Position numbers and translations under genes: made by a program. From Eledone cirrhosa (taxonomy: Eukaryota), in contig OZ024745.1 in assembly GCA_964016885.1 (NCBI GenBank), positions 57,536,001 to 57,600,000 on the forward strand: DNA of 64,000 bases, in the 5' to 3' direction. Under the pieces are notes generated by a model. That model worked only from the letters and a program-made list of their open reading frames with translations. It had not been told where the DNA came from and did not search any database. This document shows, in pieces, positions 1-11,226 of this stretch; the stretch's first letter is position 1; the number at the start of each line of letters is the position of its first letter.

Positions 1-119
1 ACATGGACAGATTACGCCCCCTCCCGTTAAGTCAGCTGTCAAGTGACAGCGACTTAAATCTCGAGCGCACCAACACCACCGCTCCGACAACCATTACACA
101 CACCAACACCACATTAAGC

Positions 120-415
120 AATATCGCCAAACGTAGCACCAAGAAAAACAAAATAAATGAGAACAACAACGAATAACACCAATAACAACAAGACAAACAA
201 CAACAAGAACGGCGAGAAAACAAGTGAGAACAATAACGACAACAACATCAACAAAAAGTGCAATAATGACAACAACACCAAGAACAACAGCAACAACGAC
301 AATACCAACAAAAGCACGAACAACGTCAACACTGTCAGCAACAATGAAAAGCAGCAAAATAGCAGCAACAAAAAGAACGGCAGCAACAACAGCATCAACA
401 GTAACGTAAACAAAA
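120..415. repeat. Degenerate (AAC)n low-complexity tract
   Basis: Runs of aac/aacaac; the Asn/Thr-rich ORFs here are translations of the repeat. Confidence 0.8.
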
Positions 416-464
416 ATACTTTCGCAGCCACAGCAGCTAAGAGACAAACTATACAACTTTCATT

Positions 465-665
465 TGACAGGAAAAAAATGGGCGTAGTGACGTTGATAAG
501 GAAATATAAGCGCGTTAGACAACTTCATAACTCTGCTGAAACTCTGCTGAAAACAGATTTTAACATTTTGGCCAAGGTATTAACGAAGAGGTTAGCGTTT
601 GTCGATGAGGATTTGATAGGGGAGGCGTAAATTTGCGCATCCCGACCACGTCCACACAATATATC
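465..665 (+). mobile_element. Fragment of L1/Tx1-type LINE reverse transcriptase (decayed)
   Basis: GVVTLIRK...TLLKTDFNILAKVLTKRLAFVDEDLIGEA resembles the L1/Tx1 RT motif 'LLNxDYKILAKxLAxRL...LI'; a stop follows. Confidence 0.65.
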
Positions 666-689
666 ATTTTTCCAAAGCACTTCCTCTTG

Positions 690-1360
690 GTGGAATATAA
701 AGAAATGTGGGTAGTGGCTGAATTCTTAAACCAAAGCGATACAAGTATGCCACAACAGAACAGCTGAAATATTTCTACCTCATAGGAGATAAAATATTTA
801 AGGCCACCTAAATTCTGAAGCAAAAGAAATCCAATAATGGTAGACAGAATGCGAAGAATTATGACAGCTACACCCTCAAAAATATCCTTGACTGGACCTA
901 CAAACAGAGGTTTTGGAGAACCATCGTAAAACCACATATACATCCTCCCCAAAGTAAAGGTCTACCGGAGGATTTGAGATACTGAATATTCGTCAAGAAA
1001 GAAGCAAAAGCGTTTGAATGGCTAATTCTTTTAGAATGGTCGGAATGAATATGAGTTAGATGAGTGAACAAATTAACCTTATAAATTAAACTGACAGTTT
1101 TGAGTCCAGAATCTACAGTAACATCAACGTCTATACCGACTATATCAGCCGTAAGAACAAGGGAATGTCAAATCCACAAGAATTCTAACCATAAAATAGA
1201 CAAGAGAATCAGTACGTGCCACACAAATCACAATTTCAACATCGAATTTGAGGCTATAAGAAGGCCAACAATAACAATTAAAGATCATTAAACTTTATAT
1301 TGGAGAACTTATAACTATTCTAGTCGAGAGTGATGAAACATATGTTGAAGCTTATGTTTG
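690..1360 (+). mobile_element. Highly decayed Penelope-like 3' remnant (possible)
   Basis: Broken peptides such as KGLPEDLR (cf. PLE 'LPYxKGLSExL') and HTNHNF, ending in an HHR-like relic GTGATGA-aac-atat-gtt-GAAG at 1330-1350. Confidence 0.3.
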
Positions 1361-1600
1361 TTCTGTAACTTCTACTTCTTCGGGTGTACGTTTCCATAGT
1401 ATCGGTTTGTAATTACCTGTATATTTAATGAAATATTATGCATATTTAATGAAATAGTCATGTTATAATATTTAGTTGTAAGGAAATACTAAGATTTAAT
1501 TTTATTTCACATCATATATGTGGTGCACGATGCATAAGTGACCAAATTATATTCACCCACGGCATTCTGATTTATCTCAAATATTTTATCTAGAATATAC

Positions 1601-1697
1601 TTTAACTTTGCCTTTCATCCTTCCGGGGTCGACAGAATAAAGTACCAGTAATGCATTGGGTAATTGCTGGCCTTGTGCCAAAAGTAGAAACAATTAT
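1601..1697 (+). mobile_element. tRNA-derived SINE family A, 5'-truncated
   Basis: Matches the 3' half (taactttgcctttcatcctt...gtaccagtaat...gccttgtgccaaaagtagaaacaattatt) of the full copies elsewhere in the window. Confidence 0.85.
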
Positions 1698-3220
1698 TTT
1701 CCAAAACATGAATATTTTAGTGAAAACAAATTAGCTGCGATTTCTATCAGGCCGGGTTAGAATGCTACTACGTGGCGCAAATCATGGATGTCATGTCATG
1801 TTATATCTAATATTTCTAATATTTAACACAATATATTTAAAATATATATTTAATCAGGGCACATTGACGTAACTATTTCTTTTATATGTAATGATGATAC
1901 TCTTTGAGTGTTGTTCAGACGAAGATTTGAGATGTTATTCAATGTTTACATGTTTTTATAGACTACACTCTGAAGATACTGCATAAATACTTCTATTTTC
2001 GACCACCATCTTTCTGAATGAATTGTCTGATTTGTCTGACTTGTCTTTTCCTTCTTTTAAGGTGACATATTTTAATTTGATAGCAATGATATACAATACG
2101 TCAAATATTCTTCAAGTGTCTTCTGTTAAAATTCAAATACATTTTCTGAGAGTGAAATGAAACATTATTAATTAAAACTATTCATGATATTGATAATTAA
2201 TTCATTCTTAATAAAAGAAAATATATACATAGCATCGTTAGTAGCAATTATATAAAGAAAACTTCTCTTTTTCATTAGGTTTCCAATAGTGCTAATGTAT
2301 TCTGTTTGGATATGTATTTCATGTTTAGATATGTATTTCATGTCCTATGCAAAATCGTTCAAAATATAAGTACTTTGGTTTTCTCGATATTTGCATCTAT
2401 TGCCGATATAGAAAGTTACACAGACACGTACAAAAACACATACAAATACACAGAAATAAACAAACAACAACAAACATACTCATAAAAATATGTGTATGTT
2501 TGTGCGCACAATACTATAAATTTATCCGTAAATATATAGACAAGTTTCTGCTCATAGTTTTAGAAGAAGCCACTTTCACACGTCACTATGCAGTGAGATC
2601 GACACCGGAAATTATAATATATTCAATGGTTTGGGTTTTATTTTTATGTTAATGTCCATGGCATTAGGCTAAATATTACAAGATTAATACCTCATCAGAA
2701 ACAATGGTTATATAAAAAGAGAAATAGATGATTTCTACAAAATGCAGATAACAATTTATATTCTCCAAATGAATGTTTATCTAACTATATTAATACATCA
2801 CAATGACAGTGAATCTTATATTTTGTAATTTTCTATAGAATCAATTCTTCCTCAGGTAATGTTTTGTATTATTTTCTTTATATATAATTGTTGTAATCAG
2901 AAAAGCTTTATCTACTTACAGACGATGATAACATTTGAGACGTACAATTTCCAGCTACTTTCATTATTTAATCTCTAAAATATATTTCAATTTCAACTGG
3001 GAGCATGACCGACATTTCTCAGGAAATAAACCAATCAGTGGTTATTTTTAAGGAGGAACATGGAATGTCCGTAGAAACTAATCATCTTAAATAAGATAAT
3101 AATAGTCAATGTAATATATACATTGTACTAGAGATTTACTTCTTAATATATTGCGTTTCAATAACTCAACGTGAAAGGATTTATCACAGTCATTCAATCC
3201 ACAACAATGTATATATATAT

Positions 3221-3263
<43 letters not shown>

Positions 3264-3599
3264 TGTGTGTGTGTGTGTGTGTAAATGCGATCGTATGTGT
3301 TTATGTGAGTGTACGTGTGTGTCTGTGTAAAAAATATGTTGACATAACATCTTTAAGGTATTTAATGTAGTGTCGCAATAATCATCTACCTAAGCGTTTT
3401 ATTTACTTTACATGCAATTATTTCTTCCCAATTTGTTTCCAATTATGTAAGTGGAAACAGAGCAATGGAAAATATACATAATGTAAAACCATAGGTCGGA
3501 AATCTAGCATACAAGTCCTAAAACGAAACCTGAAAAGAAAATAACATCTGAAATCACATGTTTTAGTGGGGGGTAAGCAACAGATATTCTACTGAACAT

Positions 3600-4130
3600 A
3601 TAACATTTTCATTACACGTCACGGTTTGACAAGCCTCACATTTTGTCTGACACGACAAAATGGCCCCTCGAAATAGGGGCGCTTCCACATGAGATTCTGA
3701 AAAATATCTTAGATTTCATGTCTGTTCAACCAGGCACGGTCTCCTGTCGTACCGTTAACTCAGAAACGATGAGGTAAACGTCGTGGCTCTACCAGCTGCT
3801 CAATGAAGAGACATATATTGTGGGACAGCGTCATGGACTCGGAACTAATGCAGCAGCAGTTTTTACAAAGATGACCATAGGCCACATGCAGTAATTTGGC
3901 TTTTACCAAGGCATCTACTTCCTTCGTGGTATAGAAGGATTGAAAATATAGCATCTTTGTTGTAGAAGAACCATTCTTTTTTTTGGAGGTTACAGTTCTT
4001 CCAGCTCAGCCAGAGGAGCGAGAAGCAAAGTTGAATGCACTCTTGATCAAATGATACTAAATATATGTCATAGCAGTAATCCAATTGTTTCTCTAACGAC
4101 GGATTCAACGTGATTTTACGAACATATATT
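3600..4130 (-). mobile_element. Decayed RTE-type LINE fragment (APE-RT linker region)
   Basis: Minus-strand KKEWFFYNKDAIFSILL resembles the RTE 'DWFDENxxEIxxLL' motif; many stops and frameshifts. Confidence 0.35.
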
Positions 4131-5320
4131 CGGCAAAGATATTCGGAAGAACTCCTGGCCTTCTCAGCTTAAGCAATGTGGCCAGGTGTCAAAGCTGGCA
4201 ATTAGCACTGACTCCACTGGACCTGTTTGTCCCCTCTTCTGTGTAAATCAATGATCGACTGGTACTAATTTCGTTGTCAGTAAATCAGGACTAGTATCCC
4301 TGCAGGTGTTTTCTTATCGATCACACACAACCCATCTCGCTTCTTCTTCAAGCGACTAACTCCTCTTCGACTGCTACATTTGGAGAATGATGGGTTACCC
4401 TGATTTTCGGTATGAAATGATTTTTATCATTACTTCATTGCCAACTATGATTTTAGAAGCTAATATATTGTGTCGTTTAGAACTGTTAGCTGATGTTAAA
4501 TACAATAGGTTAGTTGAATGTGCCATTGGTCTGAATGCGGTTTATAATTGATATTACACAGGTCGAACATAAGCTGGAATTGGGCATTGTTTTTCATCCA
4601 GTAGTAATTGAAATTCACTCCATAACAATTTTGTAAACAAACCACAGTTAACATAAGCACGTGTGTTAACTGCCGGATAACTAACGCCCGTCTGAAACCC
4701 AAACATTATCCAGTATCTCGAATAGATACGTCTTTTCCACTTTCCATGATGTTAGCATCTTTTCGAAAATCGATCTCGTGTGGGTGTACGAACAGATTCT
4801 ATTGAGCCTAAATACATCCCGACTTCCCTCAATCTATTTTCAATATTCAAGAAGTATTTATTTTTTACGATAACAAAAGACCTTCAGCCATTTACATTTA
4901 TCCTAGCAGTTAAGAGTATAATAAAACACTCACATTGTGCTTTGGCAGCCTACATCAAAGAGAGCAACAGGCTGGAAATCCTAACACATAACCGCCACGG
5001 AAATCGTTCCTTAATAAGAGAACGAAATGGTTATACACCATTTTTAAATAGGTAAATATTTGTTTCTATTACTCAGGACATCATGGATACTACAAAGTAT
5101 ATTAAATTAAATTCAGCATAAACGTGAACTATTGAGTTCTGTGTACACTACATTGATTTCCATGAAGAGTTTTGAACAGCACTCATCTTCTGATGGGACA
5201 TCGTTATAATTCGAAATAATCATATATCGTTTTTCTTTCAACGCCTCAAATATTTTTCACTATCATGTAAAAACGTGTTTATTATCTCTGAAGTCCATCC
5301 ATTTTAGTATATATATATAT

Positions 5321-5518
5321 AGGAAAATGTTCAGGACTCCGAGGGCAGAGGTCAAGCCTTTTCGACGGCTATTTCTTTCCATAAATAGTCGTCGAAACGG
5401 CTTGAGCTCTGCCGTCGGGGTCCTGAACATTTTCCTATTACCACTCTACTACCCAAAGTATCGAGTACTCTGGTGCGGTATGGTCCACCTGGTTCCTTAC
5501 CACACTTCCTTCGTTTTT

Positions 5519-5520
<2 letters not shown>
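5321..5520 (+). mobile_element. Short PLE pLTR-derived insertion (HHR family A) with 5' inversion, in (TA)n
   Basis: Inverted arms ~5321-5374 and 5383-5436. Each carries the 3' half of the HHR seen complete at 7899-7995 (GAAA-cggc...gccg-TC-gggg). TA arrays on both sides. Confidence 0.75.
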
Positions 5521-5565
<45 letters not shown>

Positions 5566-5676
5566 TACTGTCTTTCACTGTTAGGGTTTAAAATATATAT
5601 AACTATAAAAAGTTTTAGTATATACATAACCATAAATAGTATCCTTAATACTATATATATATATATATATATATAT

Positions 5677-6042
5677 CGGTTGCTAGTTGCTAATCGCTTT
5701 ACCGTGTCGGTTGTCACAAACAGTCATGACCGGCATGGGCCGGTGTCTGGATTCTGTCGATCGATTGGTTATTGATTAGGCGATACCCGCTGGTGAAGCC
5801 GCATAAGCCGATTGTGAATTGTTGCATAATATATGCAGACAGATGGTGCAGTGCACCTTACTGCTGCATTAGGGCGGCAGAAACTCGAGTGCGGGAACCT
5901 TATAGGCACCCGTTTTACGTGTGTTGTGTTGAGGCAAATAACTATGTGTATACTCTGGTAATGTATCTTACATTGCCCATTGAGTGCGCTGAGATACAAC
6001 CGGTACTGGCATTGATAAATATGCTGGGTCCGTCAACCCTTA
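5677..6042 (+). mobile_element. ~365 bp non-coding HHR-bearing element (family B), copy 1
   Basis: Closely similar to 36061-36431 on the opposite strand; flanked by (TA)n on both sides. Confidence 0.85.
5784..5897 (+). ncRNA. Type I hammerhead ribozyme with extended stem II (mutated copy)
   Basis: tacccg-CTGGTGA-agccgc...gcggca-GAAA-ctcgag-TG-cggg. Core A6>G and cleavage C17>G relative to copy 2. Confidence 0.75.
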
Positions 6043-7247
6043 TTATATATATATATTTATATATATATATATATATATATACTAGCCGATGTACCCAGCC
6101 TCGCCAAGGTTACTGCAGAAGAGAAAACGTCTGTATTGAATGCATTGTCATGTTTACAGTGTGTCTGTGTATGTTTGTGTGTGTTTGTGTATATATATAT
6201 GAGTGTGTGTGCCTGTGTGTGTGTGAGTGTGTGCGCCTGTGTGAGTGCGAGTGTGTGTGCGTGTGCGTGTGTGTGTGTGTGTAAACCACCGTTGGAATCG
6301 AAGACATAGGCCGCGAAACACGATCATCACTGACAACGAACTGGCAGAGAGAATCCCTTATGGTTGATTCCCAAACTGCTAGAAATAGCAGTCAGGTTGG
6401 TTAGCATACGTGGTATGTCTTTCTTCTTCTTTGGTGTTATAAAATTAGTGTCAATAAACGTTCCTGGATATACTCTTATCCCAATTCTGTACATACTTTC
6501 CGATTGTAACTTTTCGTTTTTTTTTCATGTGATATGCGAAGGAACCAACCAACAAACATCTTTCTTTTATATCTCTTTTATTTGTTCATTCAAAATATTT
6601 TTCAGCTAATTCTGTCGTACAATGTACATCAGCAATCGTTATCTAATGCTTAAAACATATGAATAGCTGCGATATATGCACCATATCAATCAAAAACGAT
6701 ATGAAAATTGAATACCATACTAAAGCGCCAGTAAGCTTGCTAAGAACCTGCAGATAGAAATGTTATTAAATACATTTGGCTTGGGTAAACTTTAAGCCAG
6801 TACGTTAAAGAAAATTGATAGTTACAACAATAAAGGTTGAACGGAGTACACATTTTTTGACAAACTTTACAATAATTTGTACAACCATAATGGAAATTCC
6901 AAGTAACAGAAAATATATAAATTACATTGTTAGAGCCTCAGAGTATACGATATTTTTTGTTCGGCCCTCGGGATCAAAGATGAAGTGATTGTTTGGCGAG
7001 CTCACTTTAGAGCATCCTATAACAATTTTCCATGATTTTCCCAAATGAAGGCCAGCCACTTTTAGGGTTTGACCCTGAGCTTTGTCGATGGTAATCGCGA
7101 AGCTTAGTCGCCGTGTTGCTCTAGTAACATTTTTTCTTCCGGAAAATCTGATCTTGCCACGCTAGGACTTTTGGGGTGGCATATCGGCAGTAACAATGAT
7201 GATAAGCCGTCTGTGTTTTCGTGAAATAAATATGTTTGTTTACATTT

Positions 7248-7505
7248 TGTTTTTGTGTATGCAAAAGTATATCTACACGAATATATAATTATATATATAT
7301 ATATATAATTATATATATATTAAAATAACAGATTAAAGTTTAAGCAAGGAATCGCTGCTTTCACCCTTAACGCGTGTTTTTGTGTATGCAAAAATATATG
7401 TACACGAATATATAATTATATATATATATATATATATAATTATATATATATTAAAATAACAGATTAAAGTTTAAGCAAGGAATCGCTGCTTTCACCCTTA
7501 ACGCG
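7248..7505 (-). repeat. ~130 bp tandem duplication containing (TA)n and the 3' part of HHR family C
   Basis: tgtttttgtgtatgcaaaa...ttaaaataacagattaaagtttaagcaaggaatcgctgctttcacccttaacgcg occurs twice in tandem. Confidence 0.85.
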
Positions 7506-7518
7506 ATCTTCTGAAACT
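7468..7518 (-). ncRNA. Non-canonical HHR-like motif (family C, CAGAAGA core)
   Basis: Minus strand: agttt-CAGAAGA-tcgc gttaa gggt-GAA-agcag cgattcc ttgct-T-aaact. Stems I and III pair. The same motif recurs at 44561-44606. Confidence 0.5.
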
Positions 7519-7837
7519 AAAAAAAATCAATCTGTGAACGCAGAAGTAAATATTTCGAAAAACGTTGCAACGGAAAGAAAACAGGAAGATGATACTTTCG
7601 TTCGTGAAGACGTTAGGAATGTCGTATAACCGGAAGTGTTGACGTTTGAAAATTTTAAAGCAGGGAATATTTAAATAATGTCTTTTATCTTTTAACAAAA
7701 TTCAGTAAACAAAAATACCCTCACTTTCTTACTTGGAAAAAGTTACATCCATGGTGCAAAGTTGGTGCTTTTTGGCTCAGCCGCTTGGCGGAAAGTTTGT
7801 TACTTACATACGGCCGTCAGCTTTATAGTATAGATAC

Positions 7838-7886
<49 letters not shown>

Positions 7887-7888
<2 letters not shown>

Positions 7889-8440
7889 AAAAAGTATGAC
7901 CCCGACGGCAGAGCCCAAGCCGTTTCGACGGCTATTTCTGGACTAAATTAGAATTTTTAGTCTGGTGAATAAATAGCCGAACTTTTCAAGGGGGTACTTC
8001 CTTATATGGGAAGATTGTAGTTGTCAAGAGGATTGGTTAAAATGTGTTGTAAACACAAATAAGTCTATCATGACATTTGGTGGGAGGTAGGGGTGGCTGA
8101 ACTTGCCTGTAGAACAATAGGGGAGTGAGTGGAGCGGTCAAGCGTTGAAAGTGATATATATACCTTAAGTATTGAGTACTCTGGTGCAGAACAAAGGAAA
8201 GGCACAAAACAAAGAAAAGAATCCCCAGTCACTGGAGAGGTCACAGAATGTGTGACGAAAGAACTTTGACAATATATGAACAACCGTCCGGTTGTGGAAC
8301 CATTCAACGAACCGGAAATTTATAAAAAAATGTCTTTCTTTATTTGAAAAATAAAAAATAAAATTTTATTATTTTTTTTTATTTTATAATAAATTGGAGT
8401 GCGTGTGTTTCTTATTGGCAACATGGCCCTCCCAAAGTAT

Positions 8441-8445
<5 letters not shown>
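7887..8445 (-). mobile_element. PLE pLTR-derived insertion (HHR family A) in (TA)n
   Basis: Complete HHR on the minus strand plus a plus-strand segment (aagtattgagtactctggtgc, ~8167) shared with 5457 and 14520; bounded by TA arrays. Confidence 0.65.
7899..7995 (-). ncRNA. Type I hammerhead ribozyme, U3-A8 core variant (family A)
   Basis: Minus strand: cccc-TTGAAAA-g..cggctattt[long insert with hairpin]aaatagccg.c-GAA-acggc ttgggctct gccgt-C-gggg. GUC cleavage triplet and a 5-bp stem III. Confidence 0.8.
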
Positions 8446-8517
<72 letters not shown>

Positions 8518-8642
8518 AAAGTTCTCTTTAAAATTGTTGGGATACAAGTAAATATTTTATAACTGATATAAAGCACTCGACAAGTTTTTGGAGTAGATAT
8601 ACGATATTAAATAAATGGAAACTATATTTATAAAACCATATT

Positions 8643-8707
8643 TATTTCATTATACATATTTCAGGGATACCAAATTAAAATATGGTATGCCTTCATCAGA
8701 CAAAATA
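8643..8707 (-). ncRNA. Minimal type I HHR in the inverted pLTR
   Basis: tattttgt-CTGATGA-aggcatacca..tggtatccct-GAAA-tatgta-TA-atgaaata. Confidence 0.85.
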
Positions 8708-8757
8708 CAATATATAAACAGTTTTATAAATAATTTTGACGTACCCATTATATATTG

Positions 8758-8822
8758 TATTTTGTCTGATGAAGGCATACCATATTTTAATTTAGTATCC
8801 CTGAAATATCTATAATGAAATA
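8758..8822 (+). ncRNA. Minimal type I HHR in the 5' direct pLTR
   Basis: CTGATGA 8766-8772, GAAA 8803-8806, stem I tattttgt/atgaaata; predicted cleavage after 8814. Confidence 0.8.
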
Positions 8823-9002
8823 AATATTGTTTTATAAATATAGTTTACATTTATTTAATATCGTATATCTACTCCAAAAACTTGTCGAGTGCTTTACATC
8901 AGTTATAAAATATTTACTTGTTGTAACCCAACAATTTTATATAGAACTTTTGCATATATTCTGCTCCAGTATTGTTGAGCGCTTTACATTATAACTGAAA
9001 AA

Positions 9003-11226
9003 ATGGAATTCTTTAAGATCTCTTCTTCTCTAAAAGACATACCTCTACCTAGGAACAAAGATTTTATTAAACAATTAATAGAAAAATCAGACTCTTTTAT
9101 AAGAAAAATCAGGTGGCGTGCTTTCCACTTTGATAAATCTAATCTAAATGAAAATGTTTCAGATTTGGATAAAATTTTCAAATCTTAAAAAAATCCACCC
9201 CCCAACAAACTACTAATGGATTTTGAAAACGATATAATTTCTATCATCCAAGGCATCAAATTCAAGAGAAACTTCAAAGGCTAGGACTACTTAAGATGCA
9301 TTAAGGATAATATTGAAAGATTGGAAAAAACAGAGAAAATCTTAGTGAAATCGGACAAAACTAATAACCTTTATGGAGTACAAAAGGACATGTATAACGG
9401 CCTTATACTGAAAGAACTAAGGAAAAAGTACAAGATAGCAAGTAAGGACGAACTGGAAAAAATGAATACAGAGGCATCTTGTATAATGCATGAATTAGAC
9501 ATTGAGAATAAAACACAACCCTTCATGCCTAGGAAACCCAAGATCAATATGAAAGATCACAAAGGAAACTTTGAAAATGATTTGCCAGTCAGATTGATTA
9601 CACCATCAAAATCTGACCTGGGAAAACTTAGCAAAAACATTCTAGACAGGGTAATACAACAAATTAAAAACTTACATAATTTTCCTTACTTAAAGTTATG
9701 GAAGGGGACTGGTGAGGTTATTGAGTGGTTTAAAGAAATTAAATATAACTATAATAAGTTTATTCAGCTGGATATTGCTAACTACTATTCATCTATCACT
9801 CCTAATCTACTGAATAAGGCACTAAATTACGCATTTAAACATACTGACCTAACTAGCAATGAAATGCACATTATATTATCGGCAAGGAAAACATTGATAG
9901 AATTTAATAACCAACTATGGACTAGGGCAGATAGAGATAATAATTTCGACATAACTATGGGATCATCAGACTCAGCTCAGGTAACGGACCTTGTGGGCCT
10001 ATTTATAATTAATTCGCTACATAGAAAAATACCAGGTGTAACCGGAGGATTATATCGTGATGACATGATTTTACTTATTGAAAATAATAGCTGTGAACTA
10101 AATAGAAAAAGAAAACAAATTATACAATTTTTTAATTACCTTAATCTAAAAATAGAAATAGAGAATAAACATAGAATAGTCAATTTTCTGGATGTAACAC
10201 TAAATCTCAACACATGTCTTCATTATCCATTTCACAAACTAAATGAGAACTTGAATTATGTCAATTTTAACTCTAATCACCCCAGATCTGTTAAAAATAC
10301 TATAGTGAACTCTGTTCAAGAACGAATTTCAAGAATTTCATCTAATAAAAATATTTTTGATGAAAAAGTGCAGTATTACAATGAAGCGTTAGCTAGAGCA
10401 GGATATAGAGATAAAATTAAATACATCGATAATAATAATAAGCAAACTAACCAAAATAATAACAATTTTAATTACGGTAACAACTTTAACAACTATAATA
10501 GAAAACATTACAATAATTCCAAAAGCCGAAAAAGAAATAGAACTAGAAATATATTATGGTTTGCCCCCCCCCCTTCTCACTAAATATTAAAACCCATATT
10601 GCTAAACTATTCTTTAATGCTCTTGACAAACGCTTCCCTAGAACACATAAATATCACTCAATTTTTAATAGACACACTATAAAATTAACTTACTCGTCCA
10701 CCAAAAATTTAGCACAAAATGTTAACAGAATTAATAATAGGAATTTAAAACCTAACCAAAATACCAATAATCACCTAAACAATATTCAATTAAATAACTG
10801 TAACTGTAGAAATAAATCTAACTGTCAGTTAAATAACAACTGCTTAGCTAAAAATGTAGTGTACAATTGTAATGTTAAAACTAATTTAAATGCTTTCAAC
10901 TATGTTGGTTCCACCTCGACAGAATTTAAACTTCGCTTCAATAATCATAAGAATTCTTTCACAGATCCAAACAAAAAATCCTCAACTTCGCTATCTAGCT
11001 TACTCTGGCACCTTAAACGAGATAATGTTAAATATTCGATGATTTGGAATATCGTTTCAAAGGTATTCCTTTTAATTCCTCTTCAGAGAGTTGTGATCTT
11101 TGTATAGAAGAAATATTCTTTATATTAAAGTCCAAAAATTCCCTTAATTTAAGGAGCAATTTATTCAGTTGCTGCAGACATAGATTGAACTCAACGTTTA
11201 AATATAAATATAAATTTAAAATGTAG
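9003..11226 (+). pseudogene. PLE polyprotein (RT + C-terminal GIY-YIG endonuclease), disrupted
   Basis: Motifs KSDKTNNLY, KDHKGNF..RLITPSKS, LDIANYYSSI, FDITMGS.DSAQVTDLVG, GLYRDD, FLDVTL, WFAPP, CNCR..C....C, NVVY/YVGST..FKLRFNNH, CDLCIEE, CCRH. In-frame TAA (9186) and TAG (9282); frameshifts near 10570 and 11065. Confidence 0.93.

Larger units (their letters stand above)
6082..7834 (-). mobile_element. Non-autonomous Helitron-like element
   Basis: Minus strand begins TC (plus ...agtatagat at 7834) and ends CTAG|T (plus actag at 6081) with an imperfect subterminal hairpin (acccagcctcgccaaggt). Internal (GT)n. Confidence 0.55.

Noticed and set aside
5772-6284. Apparently conserved protein shared with 36014-36334
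   Set aside because: These are two copies of one non-coding HHR element. The frames start at TTG and run into microsatellite, with no recognisable domain.
9186-9284. Programmed readthrough or separate ORFs in the first PLE
   Set aside because: Single TAA and TAG stops in one continuous frame, plus homopolymer frameshifts, are best explained as decay or sequencing error.
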